From Candidatus Woesearchaeota archaeon (GTDB lineage Archaea > Nanobdellota > Nanobdellia > SCGC-AAA011-G17 > GW2011-AR18), in NCBI GenBank assembly GCA_964395935.1, contig CAYNBR010000003.1:1-36063 (forward strand): a stretch of 36,063 nt of DNA. Reading direction: 5' to 3'. The position numbers and the translations under genes were made by a program. Each line of letters opens with the position of its first letter. The stretch's first letter is position 1. The notes below the pieces were generated by a model. It had not been told where the DNA came from and made no database searches. It was given only the letters and a program-made list of their open reading frames with translations. This document shows, in pieces, positions 1 to 7,059 of the stretch.

Positions 1-794
1 CAACCAGTTTAGATGCTAATACTCCCGGAGAAGGATTAAGGTGGGGTTATAAATTAAAGTTAAATTATCAATGTTTAGATAATAAAGCAAGTATTTTTAT
101 TAATAATGGCGAGTATGCTAATTATGAATTGAAAGATGAAATTGTTTTCATGGAAGACCAGCAAAATGTAAATGCTTTAGATATGTGGCTAGTGCCCTGG
201 AGATTTCCTTTTCATGTAACTAATTTAATTTATTTGTCAGATACACTTAAAAATTATTATTTGATTTATGATACTAATGATGGAAAAGATTTTTTAGATA
301 AACTAGAATTGAGTTCAGCATTGAGACTTGAGAAAGTCAAAATTGGAGATTTAAAATTAAAAGAAAATGCAAGAGTTGTGTTTTTTACAAGTAAAGAACC
401 AAGTGAAAGTAAAGTAAATAATTTAAAAGGACAAGTTGTACAAGTTAGTTTTGCTTATGTTGATATGAAGAAGAATGAAGTTAGTTTCTATAAAGAAGAT
501 GGATGGGCAGATGCAGTTCTATTCCATGCTCAAGAGTTAATGTATGGTGCAATATTTAGTGATAATCTTGACAGTTATCAATGTAATTTGAATAAAGCTT
601 TGACTAAACTAAAAGATACTTCTAATATTTATTTAGAAAGGATTAATGTCTTAAATGCAGTAAACAGGAATCCAGATTGTAATTATAATTTAATAGCTGA
701 TTCAATAAGAAATTTAATAGCTGGAGATTATACAATGAAAGATAAGATTGCAGAACAAAATAAAGGAAAAAGTGGTTGTTTATGGGTTTACTAA
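1..794 (+). CDS. hypothetical Cys-containing protein, 5'-partial (frame open to window edge)
   Basis: Track ORF 129..794 starts at a TTG. The same frame (codons 3-5, 6-8, ...) has no stop back to base 3, so the gene most likely begins upstream of the window. No motif recognised; 4 Cys. It overlaps the next gene's ATG (782) by 13 nt, suggesting an operon with the pilin-like genes. Confidence 0.5.
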   Translation, partial: TSLDANTPGEGLRWGYKLKLNYQCLDNKASIFINNGEYANYELKDEIVFMEDQQNVNALDMWLVPWRFPFHVTNLIYLSDTLKNYYLIYDTNDGKDFLDKLELSSALRLEKVKIGDLKLKENARVVFFTSKEPSESKVNNLKGQVVQVSFAYVDMKKNEVSFYKEDGWADAVLFHAQELMYGAIFSDNLDSYQCNLNKALTKLKDTSNIYLERINVLNAVNRNPDCNYNLIADSIRNLIAGDYTMKDKIAEQNKGKSGCLWVY

Positions 795-1309
795 ATAAGA
801 AAGGTCAATTACAAATACAAGAGACAATATTAACAGTTTTCATATTTGTAGTTATAATAATAATAGGAATGACTGTATTTTTTAGATATCAAGAGAGTAG
901 TTTAAAACAAATTACTAGAGATTTTAGAATACAACAATTAGGAAATAGAATTTTAACTATGCCAGATACTTCTGAATTTGTTTATACAGAAGCAGGAATT
1001 AAAAGAAATGCCATAGATACCTTGAAATTAAGTGCGTTTCAATCTTCAGTGCAAAAGAAAAAGAAGTATTATACAGATAGACTAGGATTGATGAATATTA
1101 CAATAATACAAGTTTATCCAGAAAAAAACAATAATAAGTGTTTAGCTGGACAATTTACAGATTGCGGAGTGTGGGAAGTTTATAGTAATGTTCCTAAAAG
1201 AGATGAGGTAACTTCAAAATTTAGAAAGGAGACTCCAATTTCATTATATTTTCCTAGCGAAGGTAAATTTAGTATAGGTGTATTGTATGTCGAGGTCTAT
1301 AATATATGA
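782..1309 (+). CDS. putative archaeal type IV pilin-like protein (class III signal peptide)
   Basis: Track start 776 is a TTG; an ATG lies at 782. N-terminus is MGLLNKKG|QLQIQETILTVFIFVVIIIIGMTVFF: basic residues, Gly-Gln, then a ~20-residue hydrophobic helix, typical of PibD/EppA-type prepilin peptidase substrates. 2 Cys in the C-terminal part. ATGA overlap with the next gene. Confidence 0.5.
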   Translation: MGLLNKKGQLQIQETILTVFIFVVIIIIGMTVFFRYQESSLKQITRDFRIQQLGNRILTMPDTSEFVYTEAGIKRNAIDTLKLSAFQSSVQKKKKYYTDRLGLMNITIIQVYPEKNNNKCLAGQFTDCGVWEVYSNVPKRDEVTSKFRKETPISLYFPSEGKFSIGVLYVEVYNI

Positions 1310-1752
1310 AAAAAGGCCAGACAGAGATGATTGGATTAGTTATTGTAGTAGTAATTTTAGTAATTGGTGCTTTATTTTATGTTAAGAATGTTTTAGAACA
1401 GCAAGCACCTAAAAAAGATGCAGTTGTTGAAGTTAGTTATGCTGGAAATTTGTTAAATTCTATTGTAAATGTTAATGTTTGTGATGGAAAATACTCCTTT
1501 AGTGATGGTTTGACTGCTTGTTATAATGGCTTAAATTTCTGTGAAAAGGAAGCTTGCAACTATATGAAATTAGAAACTAAGGCCATTATGGGTTTAGTTG
1601 GCTATAAAGACCCGAAAAAGTATTCATTTTGGGTTGAGAACAATGGAAATACTAAGTATATTAATAATGATTGTAAATTTGGCACTAAAGTAGATATAAA
1701 GGTTGCAAAAGAGAACGATGAGGTTTATCAAGTAAATTTGAAATTATGCTAA
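1306..1752 (+). CDS. putative archaeal type IV pilin-like protein (class III signal peptide), Cys-rich
   Basis: N-terminus is MKKG|QTEMIGLVIVVVILVIGALFYV, with the same KKGQ + hydrophobic helix as the upstream gene. The globular part has 6 Cys (possibly 3 disulfides). GAGGT lies ~10 nt upstream; ATGA start/stop overlap. Confidence 0.55.
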   Translation: MKKGQTEMIGLVIVVVILVIGALFYVKNVLEQQAPKKDAVVEVSYAGNLLNSIVNVNVCDGKYSFSDGLTACYNGLNFCEKEACNYMKLETKAIMGLVGYKDPKKYSFWVENNGNTKYINNDCKFGTKVDIKVAKENDEVYQVNLKLC

Positions 1753-1873
1753 ATTGTTATTTTTTAGTGATGACTTGTGCTACAGATGTTATTGCTTATT
1801 TTGCACTTATGGGCCTTAATGGCTTCGTATTTATTGAAAGAAGCTATAATCTAGTTACTCTAGCATATATATC

Positions 1874-1881
1874 TTTATAAA
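1874..1881 (+). promoter_or_regulatory. candidate TATA box of the S-layer gene promoter (leadered transcript)
   Basis: TTTATAAA within atatatatcTTTATAAAtgg, ~85 nt upstream of the ATG at 1964. The only long (211 nt) intergenic spacer in the window. Confidence 0.4.
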
Positions 1882-1948
1882 TGGACTTTAGCTTCATGGA
1901 TTAAGAGTCTGAATCAAAGGCTCATACAAAATATAATAATTAACACTT

Positions 1949-1955
1949 GGAGGTG
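1949..1955 (+). promoter_or_regulatory. Shine-Dalgarno site of S-layer gene
   Basis: GGAGGTG 8 nt upstream of ATG 1964, the strongest SD in the window. Confidence 0.7.
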
Positions 1956-1963
1956 TTTAAGAT

Positions 1964-4582
1964 ATGCAAGAAAAATTCGCATTAAGAAAGACGTTAAAAA
2001 AGGTTGCTGCAATAGGCACAAGTTTAGCTATGGTAGGAATTACTGTTAGCGGAGCACTAGCAGCTGGTTTAGGAGATTATCCTACAGGATTAGGTTTTAA
2101 TAATATGGCAGGTCAAACTGTTGTTGTTTATGGATCATTAGGATCTGATAATGCAGCAGCACAAGATGTTTTAAGTGGTTTACCCGGCGGTAGTGCAGTA
2201 GTTACTACAGCAACAACTACAACTGCATCAACTGCATCAACTGCTACAAGCGGTGTACAATATGGTGTTGGAAGTTTAGGAACACAAGCAATTGGCGATT
2301 TATTTGAAACTGGTTCAAATGCACAAAGCAAAGAAGTTCCAATTATTGAAAAACTAAACGCTACAACTAATTTTGGTCAGACTTTAGAAAATGAAGATTT
2401 AGCTTATTTGAAAGATTCTAGTGTAGCTATTTCAATGCACGACACAAGTGATAACTATGATTTCCATGAAGAAGTAAGACTTGGCGGAAATAATAACGTT
2501 GTTAACACTGTTCAATTAAATACTGGTTTGACATATGATTCAAATAGAAATGAGAAATTTAAGAGCAATTTATTTTTAGTAACACCAGCAAATTCTCTTG
2601 GATTTTATTATGTATTTGATAAATCCTTGAAAGCTGGAAACTATGTTTCTAACTCAACAACTTTGGAACCATTCCAAATTGATTTCTTGGGAGAAACTAT
2701 CTCTATAGAAAATACAGTTCAATCAACAAGTTCTGCATCAACAACAAACGATGCAGACACTATAACTTTATCAGTTGGTAAAAGAGCAGTTTTAAGTACT
2801 GGTGAAAGTATGACTGTAATGTTAGCTGGACAAACTTACACAGTAACAATGACTGGCACAACTTCTACTGGTTCTGGTAAAGCAGATATAACTGTTACGG
2901 GTCCTGCTGGAAGCCAGAGAGAAGTAGTTTCTCAAGATACATCATTATCTTTTAATAGTGTTGGTCCAAGACCTATACAATTAAGAGTAGAAGACGTATT
3001 TGATGAACAAGGTACAGCTGATGATAGAGCTACAATAATTGTAGGAACTGAACAATCTGGCGGTACTAAAGGAGCTTACAATGCAAGAAAGACTTATGAT
3101 ACTGGAAATGGATACATTGGTGAAGACAGTGATAATCCAATTTGGGTATGGCAATTAGGAAACTTAACTGGAACAAACCCTACAATAGGTGTAAGGAATG
3201 CTTTAAATGTTAATTCTTACTCTGAGACAGACAACGCATTAGTTAAACACGTACCTTATGTAGGAGATTACTCTTGTTTACCTAACTTCTACGTATGTAT
3301 GGTATTTGAAAAAATGCATGAAAGTGACGACAATTTCAGATGGTATGAAGTAAGTGCTAGTGATCAAAAAGATTTAAGAACTATTGATGGTCAAACTAGT
3401 GCAGATCAATCAGGTCTGAGTGTTGTTACATTGTCTGCGAAAGGTACAAGCAATCAAGGTTTTGTAGCAGGTGGTACTAAAGCTAGTGAATTGTACATTG
3501 CACAGAATACATCTATGGTTGGTGTATGGAGAAGAAAACAAGATTCATCAGAGGCATTATTTGTATCTGCTAACTTTACTCCTGCAGTAGGTTTATCTAT
3601 ATTAAATGACTTCGCGACATTAGACTATGGAAGTACTTCAGTAGCGTTAGACTTATTGGTGGATAATAATCAAGCAGCACCACAAGCATCTTCAAGTCTT
3701 CTTCAACTTAGTGGAACTGCAAATATAGGTACTGCTTTGTTGGTAGTGGACGATCCTAATAACGCTACTAATGTTAACTTAGTTTATGCAGCTGCTCCCG
3801 GTTTAGTTGCTGGTGATGGTGCAACGCATCCGTTTAATACAACTAGTAGACATCTTTTTACAAGTGTATTAAACTCAGGTGACCTAGCTATGATGTTCCA
3901 AAATAGTACATCTACTGGTGGCTTTACTTATTTAGGACGTAGTAAATCAGACACTGTTGTAGGAAATGAGCTTACTTATAAAGCAGCAGATGGAACTATA
4001 GAGGATATATCTAGCTGGCAAGAAGATACAAGAACTTTAGATGGTATGGTTATAAGAGACCCAGATGCTAATTCACCTGGTGATGTTCTTCAATTTGGTC
4101 TTCCTGCTGATTGGAGAAACTTTAAATCTACCGTGACTTTTGCAAGGCCTAAAGCTGGTTTCTTAAGTACAACTGGTATAGGTGGAAAACCTGTTTCAGG
4201 TGTTGGTGGAACTACAAAAACTTCAAGTGTTTTAGTAAAAGATACAGAAGTTGGAGATGTAAGTATGTATAATGCAGTAGTAGTTGGTGGTCCTTGTGTA
4301 AATAAGGTTGCAGCTTCATTATTGGGAGTAACTTTCCCAGCATGTGGTGCTCAATCTGGTTTAACTGGTCCTGGTTCAGCTACATTAGTACTAAAAGATA
4401 ATGGTACTAAGAAGGCATTACTTGTATATGGTTGGGAAGCAGATGATACAGCTAGAGCAGCGGTATTATTAAAAGATCCAACTAAATTACGTGAAAAGTT
4501 AAGTGCAGCAAGCAAATTAACTGCAGACTCTGTAAATGTAAAAGGTACAAGTATGGATGTAGCAGCTATAACTGTAGAATAA
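1964..4582 (+). CDS. S-layer-like surface (glyco)protein precursor
   Basis: 872 aa. Sec-type signal peptide (KKVAAIGTSLAMVGITVSGALAAG). Thr/Ser/Ala-rich low-complexity linker (TTATTTTASTASTAT). Acidic, Thr/Ser/Gly/Asn-rich with very few Cys. C-terminal VVVGGPCVNKVAASLLGV motif resembles the GGPxxN motif of methanococcal-type archaeal S-layer proteins. About 9 N-X-S/T sequons by eye. Visibly higher GC than its neighbours, with a strong SD and a terminator. Confidence 0.65.
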   Translation: MQEKFALRKTLKKVAAIGTSLAMVGITVSGALAAGLGDYPTGLGFNNMAGQTVVVYGSLGSDNAAAQDVLSGLPGGSAVVTTATTTTASTASTATSGVQYGVGSLGTQAIGDLFETGSNAQSKEVPIIEKLNATTNFGQTLENEDLAYLKDSSVAISMHDTSDNYDFHEEVRLGGNNNVVNTVQLNTGLTYDSNRNEKFKSNLFLVTPANSLGFYYVFDKSLKAGNYVSNSTTLEPFQIDFLGETISIENTVQSTSSASTTNDADTITLSVGKRAVLSTGESMTVMLAGQTYTVTMTGTTSTGSGKADITVTGPAGSQREVVSQDTSLSFNSVGPRPIQLRVEDVFDEQGTADDRATIIVGTEQSGGTKGAYNARKTYDTGNGYIGEDSDNPIWVWQLGNLTGTNPTIGVRNALNVNSYSETDNALVKHVPYVGDYSCLPNFYVCMVFEKMHESDDNFRWYEVSASDQKDLRTIDGQTSADQSGLSVVTLSAKGTSNQGFVAGGTKASELYIAQNTSMVGVWRRKQDSSEALFVSANFTPAVGLSILNDFATLDYGSTSVALDLLVDNNQAAPQASSSLLQLSGTANIGTALLVVDDPNNATNVNLVYAAAPGLVAGDGATHPFNTTSRHLFTSVLNSGDLAMMFQNSTSTGGFTYLGRSKSDTVVGNELTYKAADGTIEDISSWQEDTRTLDGMVIRDPDANSPGDVLQFGLPADWRNFKSTVTFARPKAGFLSTTGIGGKPVSGVGGTTKTSSVLVKDTEVGDVSMYNAVVVGGPCVNKVAASLLGVTFPACGAQSGLTGPGSATLVLKDNGTKKALLVYGWEADDTARAAVLLKDPTKLREKLSAASKLTADSVNVKGTSMDVAAITVE
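2222..2248 (+). repeat. in-frame 9-bp tandem repeat (ACTGCATCA x2 + ACTGCTACA) encoding TAS-TAS-TAT
   Basis: Direct reading: two perfect 9-nt units and one 7/9 unit, in frame inside the Thr-rich linker of the S-layer-like gene. Confidence 0.7.
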
Positions 4583-4607
4583 GGTTAAAACCTTTTTTCT
4601 TTTTTTA
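4581..4607 (+). terminator. hairpin + oligo-T terminator after S-layer gene
   Basis: AAGGT-TAAA-ACCTT stem-loop overlapping the stop codon, followed by TTTTCTTTTTTT. Oligo-T tracts are archaeal termination signals. Confidence 0.45.
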
Positions 4608-4670
4608 TTAATTTATATTCCTAAATTTTTTTAAGAAACATTTTTAATCTAGTTATAATTTTAAATTACT

Positions 4671-5273
4671 ATGAAAAAGACAAAATATTCTAAAAATAAT
4701 ATTAATAATCAGGCTGAAGAGAAGCCTAAACAAAATATTCTAAAAAATAAAGCTTTATGGGGCTTAATTATTATTGTACTGATGTTTGGCTCAGTGATTT
4801 CATTTGGTTTTTTTAATAAGAATAATAATGCTACAAATACTAATAAAGTCGAATATAATGGCTATACTTTTACAAATAATGGGAAGGGGTGGATTACAGA
4901 TTATAAGGGGCAACAAGTTGCTTTCGGATATACACCAAATGAAGTTACAGATATTAATCTAGAGAAATTAACTTTTGGGAATAAATTTGAATATATAATA
5001 TTTAAACCTGGAGAGTTTGATGAAAATAATTATGAGGTTAATAGGTTAAGATCTTTATTGGCTTTAAATGGAATAAAAGTTTATCCTGCTTGTATTGAAG
5101 AAAAAAATTGTGGGAATTTACCGGTGAATGCTTGTAATGAGAATGCAATATACCTTAAATTAGGAAATGAGACTAAAGGTTATTGGGATACTTGTTATAT
5201 ATTAGAAAGTAAATCTGAAGATATGTTAAAACTTATAGATAGGTTTATATACAATGTTTATGGTATTGCTTAG
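4671..5273 (+). CDS. hypothetical N-terminally membrane-anchored extracytoplasmic protein (paralog A)
   Basis: 200 aa. Basic N-terminus then one TM (ALWGLIIIVLMFGSVISFGFF). 4 Cys. The C-terminal ~40 aa is clearly similar to the next gene's product. Confidence 0.6.
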   Translation: MKKTKYSKNNINNQAEEKPKQNILKNKALWGLIIIVLMFGSVISFGFFNKNNNATNTNKVEYNGYTFTNNGKGWITDYKGQQVAFGYTPNEVTDINLEKLTFGNKFEYIIFKPGEFDENNYEVNRLRSLLALNGIKVYPACIEEKNCGNLPVNACNENAIYLKLGNETKGYWDTCYILESKSEDMLKLIDRFIYNVYGIA

Positions 5274-5275
5274 AA

Positions 5276-5926
5276 ATGATGAATAGGAGAAAAATAGAAT
5301 TATTAATTGCCTGGATTGTAATATTTGCAGTAATTATTTCTTTTTTCGTGATTAGAGCAAGAAGTTCACATAGTTTCACATATCAAGGTAAAAATGCAGA
5401 ATATAAATTTGATGTTCAACAAATAGGCGTAGTTACTTTTTATAGGCCGCATGTAGTTTTTAATGGTAAGGAATATGTTTATGCATTTAGAAATAAACCT
5501 CAAGATTTGAAAGATATCTCTTTAGAAGAAGGTTTAGAAAATAAATTAAATAGACCAAAAGGTTTACAAGATTTATATGTTACTAAAGATGTTAATTTGA
5601 CTACTTTAACAAGCGGCAGTGTAAGTGTTATTGTTGCACCAATGATCACTATTTTAGGAAAAACAGATGCAGGATTATATCAAATTAGAGTTACAAGTGC
5701 TTATACAAGTTTCCATGCTGGAGAACCAATTGCGCCTGTTGTCGATTGTTCTACTGTTAATTTAAATGCTAAAGTGAATAAAACTATAGGAGTAGTGCTT
5801 GTTAAATTAGGAAATGAAAATAAAGTTTATTCTGATGGTGATTGTATAGTTGTAGAGGGAAAAGATACAGATGGTTTAGTTAAATCTGCTGAGAAATTTG
5901 CTTATAACTTAATTGGAGTGTTTTAA
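5276..5926 (+). CDS. hypothetical N-terminally membrane-anchored extracytoplasmic protein (paralog B)
   Basis: 216 aa. Signal anchor (IELLIAWIVIFAVIISFFVI). C-terminus VKLGNENKVYSDGDCIVVEGKDTDGLVKSAEKFAYNLIGVF aligns with LKLGNETKGYWDTCYILESKSEDMLKLIDRFIYNVYGIA of the upstream protein. 2-nt spacer. Confidence 0.6.
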   Translation: MMNRRKIELLIAWIVIFAVIISFFVIRARSSHSFTYQGKNAEYKFDVQQIGVVTFYRPHVVFNGKEYVYAFRNKPQDLKDISLEEGLENKLNRPKGLQDLYVTKDVNLTTLTSGSVSVIVAPMITILGKTDAGLYQIRVTSAYTSFHAGEPIAPVVDCSTVNLNAKVNKTIGVVLVKLGNENKVYSDGDCIVVEGKDTDGLVKSAEKFAYNLIGVF

Positions 5927-6072
5927 TGATTTCAAAAGATTTACTTGAAATATTGGCTTGTCCTGTTTGTAAAAGTGATGTTAAATTTAAAGATAATAAA
6001 ATAGTTTGTACTAATAAGAAATGTCGTAAAACTTATGAAGTTAAAGATGGAATACCTATAATGTTGGCTTAA
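5926..6072 (+). CDS. trm112: Trm112/UPF0434-family small zinc-ribbon protein (not in ORF track)
   Basis: 48-aa ORF MISKDLLEILACPVCKSDVKFKDNKIVCTNKKCRKTYEVKDGIPIMLA. LACPxC ... C..C ... Y.(I/V).DGIP.ML is the Trm112p-like signature. TAATG overlap with the preceding stop. Confidence 0.75.
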   Translation: MISKDLLEILACPVCKSDVKFKDNKIVCTNKKCRKTYEVKDGIPIMLA

Positions 6073-6077
6073 TAACA

Positions 6078-6085
6078 TTTAAAAA
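6078..6085 (+). promoter_or_regulatory. candidate TATA box for the tRNA gene
   Basis: TTTAAAAA centred ~29 nt upstream of tRNA position 1 (6110). Confidence 0.35.
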
Positions 6086-6109
6086 GATAATTAATTGCTA
6101 AATTCTTAA

Positions 6110-6206
6110 GCCGACGTCGCTTAATCCGGTATAGCGCCGGTCTTGAAGTTTAAACAAGCTAACCGGTGCCTGAAAAGGCTTGTAGGTTCAAATCCTGCCG
6201 TCGGCG
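6110..6206 (+). tRNA. tRNA-Ser(UGA) with 13-nt canonical-position intron (6148..6160)
   Basis: Hand-folded cloverleaf:
- Acceptor GCCGACG/CGTCGGC.
- D arm GCT(T)/(T)AGC with A14, G18G19 and A21.
- Anticodon stem CCGGT/ACCGG, loop CT-TGA-A|intron|A.
- Long variable arm GCC-TGAAAA-GGC.
- T arm GTAGG-TTCAAAT-CCTGC.
- Discriminator G; no encoded CCA.
The long variable arm plus G73 fit Ser. Confidence 0.85.
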
Positions 6207-6211
6207 TATAT

Positions 6212-6220
6212 TTTATAAAA
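6212..6220 (+). promoter_or_regulatory. candidate TATA box, leaderless GT2 operon
   Basis: TTTATAAAA centred ~25 nt upstream of ATG 6241; no SD. Confidence 0.45.
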
Positions 6221-6240
6221 GCTTTTAATTTACTTTCAAT

Positions 6241-7059
6241 ATGCAAAAGTTATGTCCAAAAGTGCTTATAGGAATTCCAGTTTCAGAACAACATGGGTAT
6301 GCTACTGAGAATCTTATAAAAAGAATTGAAAATCTAAGTTATCCAAATTACGATATTTTAATAATTGATAATTCTAAAACTGATAAACATTTTAAAAGTA
6401 TTAAAACTAAGAAGGCTAAAGTTATGTGGGATTTTTATTCTTTTAAGAAGGTAAGAGATAAATTGGTTGCATGCAGAAATTATATGAGGGAAATTATTTT
6501 AGAAAATGATTATGATTATTTATTATGCATAGATCAAGATGTTATTCCTCCTTTTGATCTTATTGAAAAATTGATTTTTAATCATAAAGATATTGTTACT
6601 GGAATTTACTATAACTATTTTGACAAATCTAATGGTGGAACAATTAAACTTCCAGTTATATGGAAATTTTTTACTAAAGAAGATTTAGATTATGCTAAAA
6701 ATAATTTAGATAAAATAAAAGAAATAAATCCTAAAGCTTATAAATTTTTAACTGACAAGAAAGATGATGAATTTTTATTAGATTATTTACAGAAGCCTGT
6801 AAGTGTAAAAGAAGCCACTTCAGGAAAGTTATTAGAAATAAAAATATGCGGTACTGGATGTATATTAATAAGCAAAAAAATTTTAAAAGAAATAGAATTT
6901 AGATACGAGGGGGAAGAAGCATTTGATGATACATTTTTTTGTAAAGATGCTACAAAGAAAGGATATAAAATTTATGCAGACACAAATGTACAGTGTGAGC
7001 ATATTATTATGGAAGGTTTATGGACTTGGGAACAAATAAAAAGTAGAGGAGAAATGTAG
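6241..7059 (+). CDS. family 2 glycosyltransferase (GT-A), paralog 1
   Basis: 272 aa. VLIGIPVSEQ ... YPNYDILIIDNS ... DYLLCIDQDVIPP (DxD-like DQD) ... CGTGCILIS ... DDTFFC. Roughly 35-45% identical by eye to the next ORF. Confidence 0.7.
   Translation: MQKLCPKVLIGIPVSEQHGYATENLIKRIENLSYPNYDILIIDNSKTDKHFKSIKTKKAKVMWDFYSFKKVRDKLVACRNYMREIILENDYDYLLCIDQDVIPPFDLIEKLIFNHKDIVTGIYYNYFDKSNGGTIKLPVIWKFFTKEDLDYAKNNLDKIKEINPKAYKFLTDKKDDEFLLDYLQKPVSVKEATSGKLLEIKICGTGCILISKKILKEIEFRYEGEEAFDDTFFCKDATKKGYKIYADTNVQCEHIIMEGLWTWEQIKSRGEM

Noticed and set aside
129-131. TTG at 129 as the start of the first ORF.
   Set aside because: The frame is open all the way to base 3, so the gene is more likely truncated by the window edge.
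1767-1773. Perfect C-box-like GTGATGA in the 211-nt spacer upstream of the S-layer gene, raising the idea of a C/D box sRNA.
   Set aside because: No CTGA D box and no C'/D' pair at archaeal spacing (~12-nt guides). The only CTGA is ~135 nt downstream, and CAGA lies 9 nt after the C box with no C' following.
1770-1880. 36-codon ORF (MTCATDVIAYFALMGLNGFVFIERSYNLVTLAYISL) in the same spacer.
   Set aside because: No SD or TATA at a suitable distance, and its stop lies inside the putative S-layer TATA box. With no recognisable motif, I cannot tell it from chance.
2128-2331. 67-aa minus-strand ORF inside the S-layer gene. Similar embedded antisense or alternative-frame ORFs lie at 8055-8465, 13137-13325, 16359-16562, 16799-17086, 17514-17777, 17742-18029, 18177-18359, 24206-24505, 24794-25021, 28104-28337 and 30547-30930.
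   Set aside because: Each lies wholly inside a longer ORF that has recognisable family motifs. Their products are low-complexity or hydrophobic mirror translations with no start-site signals. These are typical shadow ORFs in AT-rich DNA.
1964-4582. Higher GC of the S-layer gene as evidence of horizontal acquisition.
   Set aside because: The shift is explained by amino-acid composition (Gly/Ala/Thr/Ser/Val-rich) and probable high-expression codon choice. There are no flanking mobility genes or repeats.
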